A DNA stretch of 64,000 nt from Nageia nagi. Taxonomy: Eukaryota > Plantae > Pinophyta. Position numbers and translations under genes: made by a program. The notes beneath the pieces are model-generated. The model had not been told where the DNA came from, made no database searches, and worked only from the letters and a program-made list of their open reading frames with translations. The stretch is from contig JBITNC010000001.1 in NCBI GenBank assembly GCA_050084985.1, forward strand, positions 170,004,001-170,068,000, read 5' to 3'. Below, piece after piece: positions 27,490 to 40,031 of the stretch (the stretch's first letter is position 1; each line of letters begins with the position of its first letter).

Positions 27490-28813
27490 GCGGAAATAAA
27501 AAATCAATCACACAAAAAGATTGACACAACTTTACCCTAGTTCAACCGATGTGGTCTACATCCAACAAATAGCAATCCATATTTGTAAGTACCCTTTTTA
27601 CAAAGTCCTTCGAATGATTCTTCTTGCTTCATTCCTTTGCTGTCAAAGTTGAATCATACGATCCTTGCAAGCTGCTACCAGATCTCTTGTGGAAGGCAAC
27701 TCTCTTTTCAACAAGAGTCCTAAAGCATAGTTCCTTGTCTCTTGTCCCGGGTCGACATCTTCAGAACTACTCTTGGTCTTCTTTTCTACATCATGGCGAT
27801 CGTATCGTCCACTTGCTTCTTCTTCTATGGCAATGATTTTTTTCCATTGTTTTCTTCTCCTATGACAATGATTTTGTCCATCGTTTTGACATTACACAGA
27901 TTCTTGAATGTGCCTACATCTACTCTCATGGCAATTATTTAGTCCATGGAATTTACAACTTATGGAGTTTTTACATTCTCTACACACTCTTCCACTTGGG
28001 AGGAAAACCCACTAAGGGACTTAACTTTTTTCCGTACTCCATGTTCCCTTTTATAACATTCAAAGATTACAAATTTGGAGTTTATGGTTACATGGTGATA
28101 AGATAATATTTGTTATTTTTCCTCCTTTACAATATGCTCTCTCATCCTCACAACAATAATCTACCTCATTTATATTTCGTAAGTATTATTTTGGCCTCAT
28201 ATGGTTATATTCTCCTATCTTTTTGGATTTTGCAAAACTGTCCAAACTACTTATAGTGCCATTTTGGCATTACCACAACTTCATGACCATACTTTCAAAT
28301 GTCACAAAATTTCATCTAGGTGTTCTTGGATATATGTAGCTTAACTGGTCTAAATTTCACGTTTTAAATCCTTATTGGTAGCTCCAAGCATCGTCATCAA
28401 GTTGGCCTCCAATGCAGATTTGCACCTGGCAGTTGTCAAAATTTTGACTAAGTCTTGAATGCAGGATGAGAATTTACCATTTTGTGAGCACCATAACTTT
28501 CACGTCTTTAATTCAAATGCCTTAAACTTTTAAACACATATTCACCATCCTACGAGGTACCAATGATTCAAATTTCAAGTTATGAATCAACCTGAGCTGC
28601 TTTTGGTGAGTTAGTCAATAGAGCCTTCCATGCATATTTTGTATTTTTTTATATTTAACTTCAAATTTCGAAAAGCCAGAACTTACAAACCATAGCTCCA
28701 TTTTATTCATCATTTGAAGTATTGGAATCATAGAAGAGATATCTTTAATATGGAAGAGAAAAATCAACAAAATTATAAACTTGAAAAATCACCTTTTTTT
28801 TTAAGACTCCGAA
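27490..28813. mobile_element. Possible solo LTR nested in the hAT
   Basis: Starts TGCGGA and ends TCCGAA; interrupts the hAT 3' region; no TSD found. Confidence 0.35.
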
Positions 28814-29700
28814 ATCCATTTTGGATCATGTGATAGTGTGCCATTGCCTCCATCATCATCTGAGCTATCATCTTGTTCAATCTCATCATGATCAAGATTA
28901 TGATCACCTAATGCCACTCAAACCAAGCCCAATGGTTCCTCATGCTCGTCAATTTTCCTAGCATCCTCAAGTTCAACATCCCACATTGCAACCAAAGATT
29001 CTTCATACTCCAATTTGACTCTCTTGAAGGCAGAGGGAGCTATGTACTACAACTAAGTTCTAAGCTCTACATGAGGTAAGTCTATTTTTCTCACATTGTG
29101 GATGAAGCTATACGTTAACCAATGAGCCTCTCTTGAACGCCGAGGGAGCAATGTACTACAACTAGCTTCTCCACTTTATGTGAGGTAAGCCTATTTCTCC
29201 TTACATTGTGGATGAAGCTATAGGATATGACTAATGACTTCATGTAATGTCCTGAACGAGGTCAAACTAGAGTTATCCATAACAATTTCAGATTTGCCAA
29301 ATTGTGCCCTAGTTATCAATTCCAATTCCAAAGCAGTTTCAATTCCACACAATTTTATGCACCAATATTCATACAATTTATGCCCTAATTTCAGATCTAA
29401 AACATTACTGAAATAAATGTCAATATAGCAAAGAAAAATCAGATATAAGTGACAATCAACTCCATATACATGAAGAACAAGTATGAACATCAAATGACCA
29501 AATATGATGCCCTAGAATGCGGGTGACCCTCTTAGGGGCTGAAACAAGTGAATCAAAGTGCTCAAAACTATTCTCTTGGCTCTCCAAGGTTGGGCAACCT
29601 TCCTGGAAGGCTGAAGGTGAATGCAAATGCATCAAAAAGGCCTCCTAAAGCTGGACGTCCCACTTGGGAACTCCCAATATGGAGAATTTGAATGTTGAAG

Positions 29701-30680
29701 TGTCGATGAAGCACAAGTGTGAACCCTAGATTGATCCACCAACGTAGTGCTTAAGGATTTTTGTCCTTAAGCACTTGAAACCAAGAGGGTTTTCGTCCTC
29801 AAGGTCTCTCTTGTAGGGTTTCGTCCACAAGCGGTGGAGAAACAAGTTAATCCAATCGCTCCTCGAAAAAGAAGTGAAATGATATCTGAATGATGATCCT
29901 CGAATGGGGTGCTCCTTGCCTTTATAGGTGAACATCTCATCATGAAGTGACAAGTCGGCCTCACCTCAAAGGCTCTTAAAATTACATATTTCAACATTAC
30001 ATGGGAAGTCCCACTTTGGGATTACAAATTATTATAAAAATCACAAATAAAGCTTCAATATTATCCAAAAAATCAAGAATCACTCCTTTCTACTCAAAAT
30101 CACTTCAAAGTACTCCTAGAGAGGGGCGTCCCACTCCATGTGGCCAGGTAAATACATCAAAGTGCAAAAATGAGTGAGATGCCAAAAATGGGGAAATTAC
30201 ACTTCAAAAAGAAGTCTCACTGCAAAATAACAAAGATTAGGTGCATCCTTCCCATAAAGTTGCCACCATCCAAGAGGTTCCTTTCAGGCAATGGTATCCT
30301 TTCTACCCTCTGTCAACCAGAAAAAGGACCTCTTAGATTCACAAATTTTAGCCACTCATGTTTAAGTGTTCATGGATCCTCCCTTGTTTACATATTTCAA
30401 ATGGCACTCAAGAACCTTTCACTATCCTCATCATAATCACTAGGAGGCACTCTTTCAAACTTAAGTGCATACCACTTTGGGTTAATCGCGTATGCCCCCA
30501 CATCAAGACGGGTGTTCATCTTGTCCCATCTCCACTAAATAATAAGCCTAGTTTTCCCCTTATAAAAAATGCAATTTGGCCTCTTTCTCCTCAATTTAGC
30601 CATTTTCTTCATTTGCTCCAACATGCTATCAAAGGTCTCATATATTTCTCCTAGGTTAGGGGTGGTTCCTTGTATCAACA
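29701..30680. mobile_element. Probable solo LTR (~980 bp)
   Basis: Termini TGTCGATG...TATCAACA form an imperfect inverted pair; minus-strand TATA-like CCTATAAAG near 29925; flanks do not form a TSD. Confidence 0.45.
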
Positions 30681-31601
30681 TATCTAATGACAACAACTAG
30701 GGAAATGAAGGACACGTGTAACTACAAAAACTAAAAAATTCAAAACTTTATTACATAATAATTTAATTAAAACTTCTAAAGTTTTGATTTTAAAATATAA
30801 AATTTTAAATTCAAATTTACCTTGCTTGAGACCAGTAATCATCATCCAAGAATCGAATTCTAATCTTCCTTGCCGCCTTGATTTTTTATTCCATCTAAGT
30901 TCTCAACTTTGTGAAGACAACCATGGATAGCAATGCATTCTATATCTAAAGCATCCTCTACAATAAAATAAAATAAGTGGCATATATAGTATCTCAAGGT
31001 TTTATGAATTCCTTCTTAGAATATGTCCTGAAAAGTGCCACGAATGTGTGGCGGTTGCAAATATACATTTGCATATCCCTAGCTTTTGCCACCATGTTGA
31101 TAATTCAAGATATCTTCTAATGTCCTTCAATGTGTTATTCAACACATGAACACAATATAAGGTTCAAAATACATCCGCAAGACTGCTAAATCATTTGCCC
31201 AGCACATTGGCAAACAAGAGCTATATTTGTTACCACTTGCACCGCACTCGAGGCTCTTGTCTCATCAATAGCCTCCTTTAAAATAAGGAATTAATAGTCT
31301 ATGTATTTTACTTTCCTCAAACAATCAATAACTCGAAGAAAATAAAGTTTTGTTGCAAATGTGACTATGATATTGATAAGTGGACATTGACGAATGTTAG
31401 TCCACCCATCCATAATGATGGAGCAACCACTCCTCGCCCATGTCACCCTCATCTTCTCCATTGTCATATTTCGAGTATTGCTTATCCAAAATGCTTAGAC
31501 GCAACCTATATTCAACTAGAAGAATATATGAAGGCTCTGCCTTGCACACCTTTTTGAATTATTCTTTTAAGTAGAGGGATCATGCAATATGAAAGGCAGC
31601 C

Positions 31602-32984
31602 TGTAATATCCCCAAATAATTCTCAAGATAGATATTAGCCAATCAAGTATCAAACAATATCAATCTGCACTCCTATGCATGCCACAAACTAGACTAGGGC
31701 ATCAAACATGAACAATAACAAGCTAGGAAGCCAAACGATGCACCTCACTAGTCTAATTCCACTCCTATATCCCAACATCACACATGGGGACTCATAAAGC
31801 ATGCAAAATACACCTAGTAATGCCAACAATCATGAATATACTAAAATAGCTAAATGTTGCACATATGGAAGTATGAACATCAAATAAGGAGCCAACAAAT
31901 GAGATCCAAGTATGCCACGGCTCTATTATTGACAGAATACAATAATGAATAGGCCCAAAGGGCTCAACATTGGCCTCCAAGGAGCCAACTAGGGCATACA
32001 ATATGCAAAATCCAAATATAGATCCTAAAACAGTTGTAGAACAATCACACTACAAGTTATGTGGATGCCTCACTGAAGGGCTCCCTCATAGGCTAGCTCC
32101 CAACGAAGAGAACGAACGTGATTCCGAAATCTCATCAGATGGATTCAAAGGTGCAGACTGCTTGTGGACGCCTCAAGGTAGGGGAACCTCATAGCACAAA
32201 CATTAACCTCAACTGTAAGATAGAAGGTGGTCCACGCCTCCTAGACTCTCCTTGTGCACTACGCTAAAGGGTGCTTGACACCACCAAGTCTTTGGTAACT
32301 CCGAAGAGAAGGGTTTCAATATAAAATCAAGTCTCCCTCTGCAATGAGGCTTCTTTGCCTTATATAGCTCATCATGGGATCTAGATCTCACCTAGGAGTC
32401 ATCCCCAACTTCCCCAATCTCAACATTAGCCACTTGGAGGCCCAAGATCTCCAACGTGGGTACCTAGAGGCCATAAATGCCAACGTGGATGTCCAAGATG
32501 CCACGCATGCCAATGTGGATGTCCAAGATGCCACGCATGCCAACGTGGGTGTCTAAGGTGCCACACATGCCAACGTGGGCGTCCAAGGTGCCATGTGGGT
32601 CTAGGAGTCATGCATGGGTGCTAAGGGGTCATCATGGGCCAACATGGGGGTCTAGGAGTTTCCCCAAGGCTGGCGCATGTATAAAAGTGCTCCCAAATCC
32701 AATGTTGGGGCAAATAGGTGTTTATCCATGCTCAAGTGTCATCTAGGTGTTATACAAGCCTTGGGATTCCCACAATCATCTTTAGGATCTCTAAGTGCAT
32801 TAATTGACAAATTAAATAACACATCCCAGCTTGGGAGGAAAACATCCCTCGTGGGGCTTACAAAGTGGGTCCAATGGACCTTTATAATTCTATCCCAAGT
32901 AACTAACAACAAATACATGAATAAATAAATATTTACAAAAAGGGAATCCTTAGGATTCCAAAATTACAAAAAGGGGATGTTACA
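31602..32984 (-). repeat. 3' LTR (1383 bp)
   Basis: TG...CA termini; adjacent to PPT and TSD. Confidence 0.92.
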
Positions 32985-33859
32985 AAGCCTCCCCTCTCAA
33001 ATTGCTTGGCCTCAAGCAATTGTAGGATGATAAAAATAATGGTCTTCCAAACATCCTTTGGTTCCAATGCAGGTGTCAATTGTGGCTCTTTGTGGTGGAA
33101 TGCAACTTCAATAAGTCTCCTTCATGATTTAGCCTATAAAATTCCTATTGCAGCCGTTGGAGTTCATCTTTGGCGCCTAGATGTTTTATGCAAAAAATTA
33201 TGATATTTTGCTGAAGTTGCTTCTATCTTTGGCAATCCACATTAAGTACAAAAATGTCTGCAAATATTCTGATACAACAATCTTTAGGAGACACATGTAT
33301 GCATGCAAGAACTCTAATACACTCATCCATGCTAAGCATAAAATTGAAGCAATGAGTATTTGAAAGAACCCTGAAAAATATCCCTGCAAAAACATGAAAA
33401 AAAGCAAGCGTGAGTGAAAAAGAGTGGATCTCTTGCTCCATGATAGATGCCAAGCCTTTCCCAAGCTCAACGTTGGGTGCCAAGCTTCCCCTATGCCTAA
33501 CGTTGGGTGGCAATTTTCCTTTTTGTTCAATGTGGGGTGCCAAACTCCATTCTTACCCAACGTTAGGTGCTAAGACTCCTTCAGGACCAACATGGGGTGC
33601 AAATTCTCCTCCTTGCCTAATGTTAGGCATCGAGACCCTTCCATGTCTAACATGGGGTGCCAAATCTCCCTCTTGCTCAACGTTAGGTGCCAAGACCAAT
33701 GTGGGGTGCCAAATCTCCTCTTTGCCCAACCTTAGCTTACCTTGCTTCTCTTCTTCCTCATGGTGTGGCCAAATCACTTCCAATCTCTTGTTAGTGACCT
33801 GTGGGCATTCGTCCTTGATTCCTTGCAAAATGTGGGTCTTACCATCAATATCAAAACTC

Positions 33860-35700
33860 ATAGTTAGATTTCTGTAATTGGTGCAAATGTCACCCAATTC
33901 AAATAGCCATTACACACCAAGATAATGTGAGGATGCCCCTTAAGTGGATACACATAAAAGATTTCCCTAACAGTGTAACTTTGCAATTTCACCCCAAATC
34001 TTTCCATGATTTGGTCCACTAATGTAAGTTTCCCATTGGCATTGGAAACTCTAAATTCTTCGAACCCCTTGGTTTTGAGACCCTTTTTCTCCACAAAATC
34101 TCCATCAATAAAATTATGAGTAGCATAAAGCTCTATCAGGACCATCACCTCTTGCCCACCTACCTACCCAATTACCTTCAAATTGAGGTATTTCTTTGCT
34201 CCATTGACTGTAGCAATCATACTCCCAAGAGATGCCTCTACCTTGGGTGCTTCAGTCTGATCCAACATGTCCATACCAAGCTCCAAATCTGAATCTTCAT
34301 CCTCATCATCCAAAAGAACCTCAATGTAATGCACCTATCCCTTACCTTGACATCCTAGTGGTTGCATCCATCTAGCCTATCCAAGGAGGGGGGAAAGGGT
34401 TTGAACTTGTTGGTTCCCTCCTTCTTTGTTGTTGGTTTCCACACAGCTTACCTCTTGTGCGTTTTTGCACCTTTGAGGGTGATCATAATTGGTTCCAAAT
34501 CGTAGGCTTCCCTGATTAAATAATCAAGGGTTTTTGGCCTTGATACCTTTACCATTCCTTGCAAGGGTTCCATCAACCCCTCTACAGAGATGAAGGTCAA
34601 TCTCTACTCTAACATGTTGTGGATCATGACTACTATTTTCTGGAAATCTGAAACGAAGTCATCCATTGTGCCTTGCTGTCTTAAGGATGTAAGCTCTTTG
34701 AAATAAACATTCTCCTTCTTTCTGTCAAACCGTTTTACTAACCTCCTAGCAAATTCATCAAAAGAGGAGATATGAGAATAATCTTGGCTAATTTCCCCAT
34801 GCTGCCACCATTCGAGAGCATCTCCCTCAAAATGCAATAATCTCTTCCACCATATTCGGGCTCAATGTGAAGTATGTTTGAAGTTGATGGAGCCAAGCCC
34901 TAGCCGTCATCTTCTTTCCATCATAGATTAGAACCTACATTTTGTTAATTTTTTTGTTGTAGCTCTCTTTTGTCACCCCACGAATTGCCTTGAGAGTGGG
35001 TACCATGAGAACTACTTCCCTTCAAGCCCAAAATCTCCAAATAGCTATTGAAATTCATATCCTTCCTCAATCCTGAATCTAGCATAGAATATTCTCTAAA
35101 AATCTAGTTCAACTCAAGAGGATTCAAGACTCGATTTTTTTACCTCATTTGGATATCTCTTCAAAAACATAAGCTTGGACGGTTTGGGAATGATGGGCTG
35201 CTCTCCTATCTTCCCAACGTCTTCTTCCAGGAAACTCCCTAGGAGAGGGTTAGTCCCCTGTGGTGCCCTATGAAAATGGGACCTCACAAATGCATGCTCT
35301 TGGTGACTCATCGATCCGTGATGAGTAGACCTTCTATTCCTCAAGTTGTGCAATCTCCTTAAACTGGGCTCTTTCTCCATTTTGTCCTCCTCTCTTGGTT
35401 CTTCTTCCTCATTCGGAATAGAACATGGAGGGCTCACGCATCTTCTTGGGGCTTCCTCCCTCCTGAACCAAGCATCCAATTTGGCCGATTGATTTTGCAT
35501 GACCTCCATCATACTCTTCATGGCCACAAGAAGCTTGTTGAACTTCCTTTCTGGCGTAGACTCTCTAGCTGGAGTAGAGCTTCTCCTTCTTCTAGCCGAT
35601 GGGGATCTGCCTCTCCTTGCTGAATTTTCTTCACCAAAGGGCCCCTCGTCTTGTATGTCTTCTATCCATGGTCTGCGATCATCATTCTGAGTGGTTCTAG
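33860..35700 (-). pseudogene. Degenerate gag-protease of the gypsy element
   Basis: ORF fragments 35114-35779, 34604-34837 (Retrotrans_gag-like) and 33864-34148 (retroviral aspartyl protease-like), separated by frameshifts. Confidence 0.85.
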
Positions 35701-35727
35701 TTGGCCAGATCCAAGCTCTGATACCAC

Positions 35728-37351
35728 TATAATATCCCCAAATAATTCTCAAGATAGATATTAGCCAATCAAGTATCAAACAATATCAATATGCACTCCT
35801 ATGCATGCCACAAACTAGACTAAGGCATCAAACATGAACAATAACAAACCAGGAAGTCAAACGATGCATCTTACTAGTCCAATTCTACCCTTATACTCGA
35901 ATGTCGCACATGGGGACTCATATAGCATGCAAAATACACCCAGTAATGCCAATGATCCACCATACAAGCATGAATATACTAAAATAGGTCAATGTTACAC
36001 ATATGGAAGTATGAACATCAAATAAGGAGACAACAAATGAGATCCAAGTATGCCACAGCTCTATTATTGACGGAATGATGAGTATAATACCGAATAGGCC
36101 CAAAGGGCTCAACGTTGGCCTCCAAGGAGCCAACTAGGGCATACGATATTCTAAGATAGATCTTGAAACAGTTGTAGAACAATCAAACACTACCAATTTT
36201 GTGGATGCCTCATTGAAGGGCTCTGTCGCAGGCTAGCTCCTGGCGAAGAGAACGGATGTGACTCTGGAATACCATCGGATGGATTCAAAGGTGCAGACCG
36301 CCTGTGGACGCCTCAGGGTAGGGCAACCTCACAGCACGAACATTCACCTCAACCGTAAGACAGAAGATGTTCCATGCCTCCTAGACTCTCCTTGTGTGCT
36401 GCGCTCAAAGGTGCTTGACACCGCCAAGTCTTTGGTAACTTCAAAGAGAAGGATTTCAATATAAAATCAATTCTCCCTCTACAATTGGGCTCCTTTGCTT
36501 TATATAGCTCATCATTGGATCTGGATATCACCTAGGAGTCATCCCCAACCTCCCCAATCTCAACGTTAGTCTCTTAGAGGCCCAAGATCTCCAATGTGGG
36601 TGCCTAGGGGTCAAGCATGCCCAAGATGTTCCACGCCTCCTAGACTCTCCTTGTGCGCTGCGCTCAAAGGTGCTTGACACCGCCAAGTCTTTGGTAACTC
36701 TGAAGAGAAGGATTTCAATATAAAATCAATTCTCCCTCTGCAATGAGGCTCCTTTGCTTTATATAGCTCATCACTGGATCTGAATATCACCTAGGAGTCA
36801 TCCCCAACCTCCCCAATCTCAACATTAGCCTCTTAGAGGCCCAAGATCTCCAATGTGGGTGCCTAGGGTTCAAGCATGCCCAACATGGGTACCTAAAGGC
36901 CATAAATGCCAACATGGGTGTCCAAGATGCCATGCATGCCAACGTGGGTGTCCAAGGTGCCACACATGCCAACGTGAGGTCCAAGGTGCCACGTGGGTCT
37001 AGGAATCATGCGTGGGTGCTAGGGGGTCATCATGGGCCAACGTGGGGGTCTAGGAGTCTCCCCAAGGTTGGTGCATGTATACAAGTGCTCCCAATTCCAA
37101 CGTTGGGGAAAATAGGTGTTTATCCATGCTCAAGTGTCATATAGGTGCTATACAAGCCTTGGGATTCTCACAATCATCTTTAGGATCTCCAAGTGCATTA
37201 ATTGACAAATTAAATAACACATCCTAGCTTGGGAGGAAAACGTCCCTCATGGAGCTCATAAAGTGGGTCCAACAGACCTTTATAATTCTATGCCAAGTAA
37301 ATAACAACAAATACATGAATAAATAAATATTTACAAAAAGGGGATGTTACA
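35728..37351 (-). repeat. 5' LTR (1624 bp) with internal 259-bp tandem duplication
   Basis: Homologous to 31602-32984; duplicated block starts aagatgttcc at 36364 and 36623. Confidence 0.92.
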
Positions 37352-40031
37352 CAGCCCATTTGCAAAAACAACTGACCTATGGCATTATTTGCTTCTTTTG
37401 CTTGTACATTCATTACAGGTTTGAAATTGTTTGATAACTTTTTCTTGCCGGCAGCAGTGGCATTGGAAAAGAAGACCCTCTCTCTCTCTTCTTATGTGCA
37501 GCTGAAACTGAACTATTGCTTTCAACAGTTGCTGTTGAACGTAACACTCTAAGCATGCCCTCTTCAACAACCCCAACCTCCATTCCTGGTGTTTCAATGA
37601 GACTCAACTCCATCCTTGTGTAGCTACCTGTAAACTCCATTTTACAAATGTGGCATTGCCATTTCTTTGTCTACCCTACTGTTTTTTTGTTTTTGTCAAG
37701 GTTTGTCACAAATTGCATGAGGGATTTCTTAGGTTGAAATGGCCCCTTAGAATATTGTTTAAGTAATGTTGAGGGGCATTCAAAAGGATTTTCCTCACTG
37801 CTGTCACAGCCCCGTAATGAAAGTTGGTATGATGGCTGCCTAGAAGAAAGTGAAACAGGTTCATTTTCAACCCTAACATTTTAATTGGTTTCCACTCCAT
37901 CACCGGATGAATACCCCTCACTGTTGCAAAACTTTAAAAAAAAAAGACTTTGGAAGGTAAATAAGTAAATTTTAAAATACCAAATGTTGCTCCTTGATTG
38001 AGAGAGTTGGTCATTGAGTGACTGTTACTGCTCCTTATCTGTTGTTGTGACTGCTACTGCTCCTTCTCTGCTGCTGTGACTGCTACTGCTCCTCTAAGTC
38101 TCTTCTTCTATGTTGAGTGACTGCAACTATTCCCCTTTTGTTGTTGTTTTTGTTGTTGTTCTTGAGAGAGGATTGATCTCCCCACCTGGTTACATCAGCA
38201 TACATCTCCCTCTTGGATTGAGGATGCCTCTTGGACAGTTTCGAGTAGGTTCTCACCAGTTGAGGATCAAGACTAACTAGCACATAGCCCAAGATCTGTG
38301 AGTCTGTCAGCTATTTTCTCTTAAGATAGAGTCCAAAGACCACTTATCTTTCAATGCTCGGTTTACTACAAGATCTATGGCCGCTACCACTATCTTTTCT
38401 GAGATTTGCACACTACATTACTCCTTTACCCAATTCAGCATCGCTTGGCCCTATACTTCCAAGAGGCCTTCCTTCCTCAAAGGCGACTTCTAAACCATGC
38501 CCAACAACCAACAGAGGACTGGCGTATTACATCCTTCTTCCGAGCCTCCTCCCCTGAGGGATCTCATAGGAAATGTCAAGATGAACAATCACTCTCCCAA
38601 CGTCAGACCAGGAGACGTATCTAGGGCCCCAAGTTCCATTGAGTACTCAACAGATTACAGCCTTCTTTTCTTTTGTTCCTCCCTCTATTTAGAGTTTGGA
38701 CTTTTTGTACAGCAGCTTTTTCTTAGCTCTCCCTATATGCTTTTATGCTTTCTTTAGATGTTTTCCATTAAGGGTTTTGCTGGCTTCACGAGCATGATGG
38801 TACCTTTGTACCTTTTAATCCCATTGACAACTTTTGGTCATCCAAGGACATTAATATACTTTATTTCTTTCTGCTACTGTTCCTTATCTAAGTTTTCACT
38901 TTTCTCTACTGTTGTTCTTCTGTTTTAATGTCTTTTTCTTTTATGACTGACTTTGCTCTTCTTTTACCACGTTTTAGTCTTCATTAAGTATTAGGGTTAA
39001 AAGCAAGGGGTAGGGGGCTTGGTGGGCACAACCGCCACCCTCTTTTTTTTCCTTTTTTATGTTCAGTTTTTTAATGTCTGGCCAACCAAACCGGGGATGT
39101 TAGAAGCAGGGTGAATGGGGCTTGACTTTTTTTCTTATTTTATGGTCAGTTTTTTTAAAGCCTGGCCAACCAAACAAGGGATGACCCCAGTTTCAGCTGG
39201 CAGTCTCAAGAACGGCTCAGGCTGGGTGGCCCCAGCTGGGGATGGCAGGGAAGCATCCCCTATGTCATTTCAATGGTTCATAGACACCATGCGGACAAGG
39301 ACAGCCCCCAAAAGCTGGGGTATGCATCCCCTGTATCCTTGGAATTTTATAATCTAATAATTTATAGATCATTTTACAGCTTACTAAATATGCAATCATC
39401 CTTGGAGTTTCCTAAATATATTTTATAATTTTTTTAATATATTTTTAAATGTCATTTCCTTGCTGTTCCCCAAGCATTTCCTAAAATTCGCCTGCTGTAC
39501 CCAAGCATTTCCTAAAATCGGCCTTTCATCCCCCCTCCTGGAAATGTGTCCCCTTATCCTCTGCCATCCCTATCCCCAAAACAACATGTAACCTTGATTA
39601 AATCAAAGGAACCAAACTATGTGCATTTATAATATAAATTATAAACCCACTGTTGATAAAACTTGCAGTTAGACTCACATTAAACAATGCATTTAGTCAA
39701 ATGTTTTATGAATTATTACTCAGAATAACTGAGAAGTTCTAGGCATGAAAAAATACAATTAGTAGGTTTTACTAGAATTGCTTACAATAGATTGAATTTC
39801 TCATAATGCCAGCATTTTCCCTTTGCAAGAAATGCTTTGAGCAATAAATGTTTTATATGAATTTGGCCCATTTCCCCTGTCCTCCATACATATGCTCCCT
39901 TCAAGGGTAGCCACTTACCAAGATAAAAGAGGATACGGTGAAGAACCTGATGTTGGGTGGTTTTTCTTTCCTACACTAAAGCAGTGAGAAAAACTCCAAC
40001 ACCTCAAGTGAAAGGATGTTACTCCTTCCCG

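Larger units (their letters stand above)
31602..37351 (-). mobile_element. Non-autonomous Ty3/gypsy LTR retrotransposon (gag plus protease only)
   Basis: TSD CAGCC (31597-31601, 37352-37356). LTRs 31602-32984 and 35728-37351 with TGTAATATCCCC...GGGGATGTTACA termini. Met-tRNA PBS TGGTATCAGAGC (35715-35726, -). PPT GAGAGGGGAGG adjacent to 32984. Gag HFEGDALEWWQ...LRQQGTMDDF; protease ATHNFID. No RT/RH/INT. Confidence 0.93.
26955..39600 (-). mobile_element. Fragmented hAT element in intron 5, split by nested LTR insertions
   Basis: BED finger (KKWQCHICKMEFTGSYTR, ~37610-37670), NAIGQL..ANGL|PF across the gypsy insertion, GCSIIMDGWTNIRQCPLINIIV (~31370-31430), acidic tail AMWDVELED (~28860-29030), and GGGGA/TCCCC-rich subterminal sequences at both ends. 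Confidence 0.75.
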
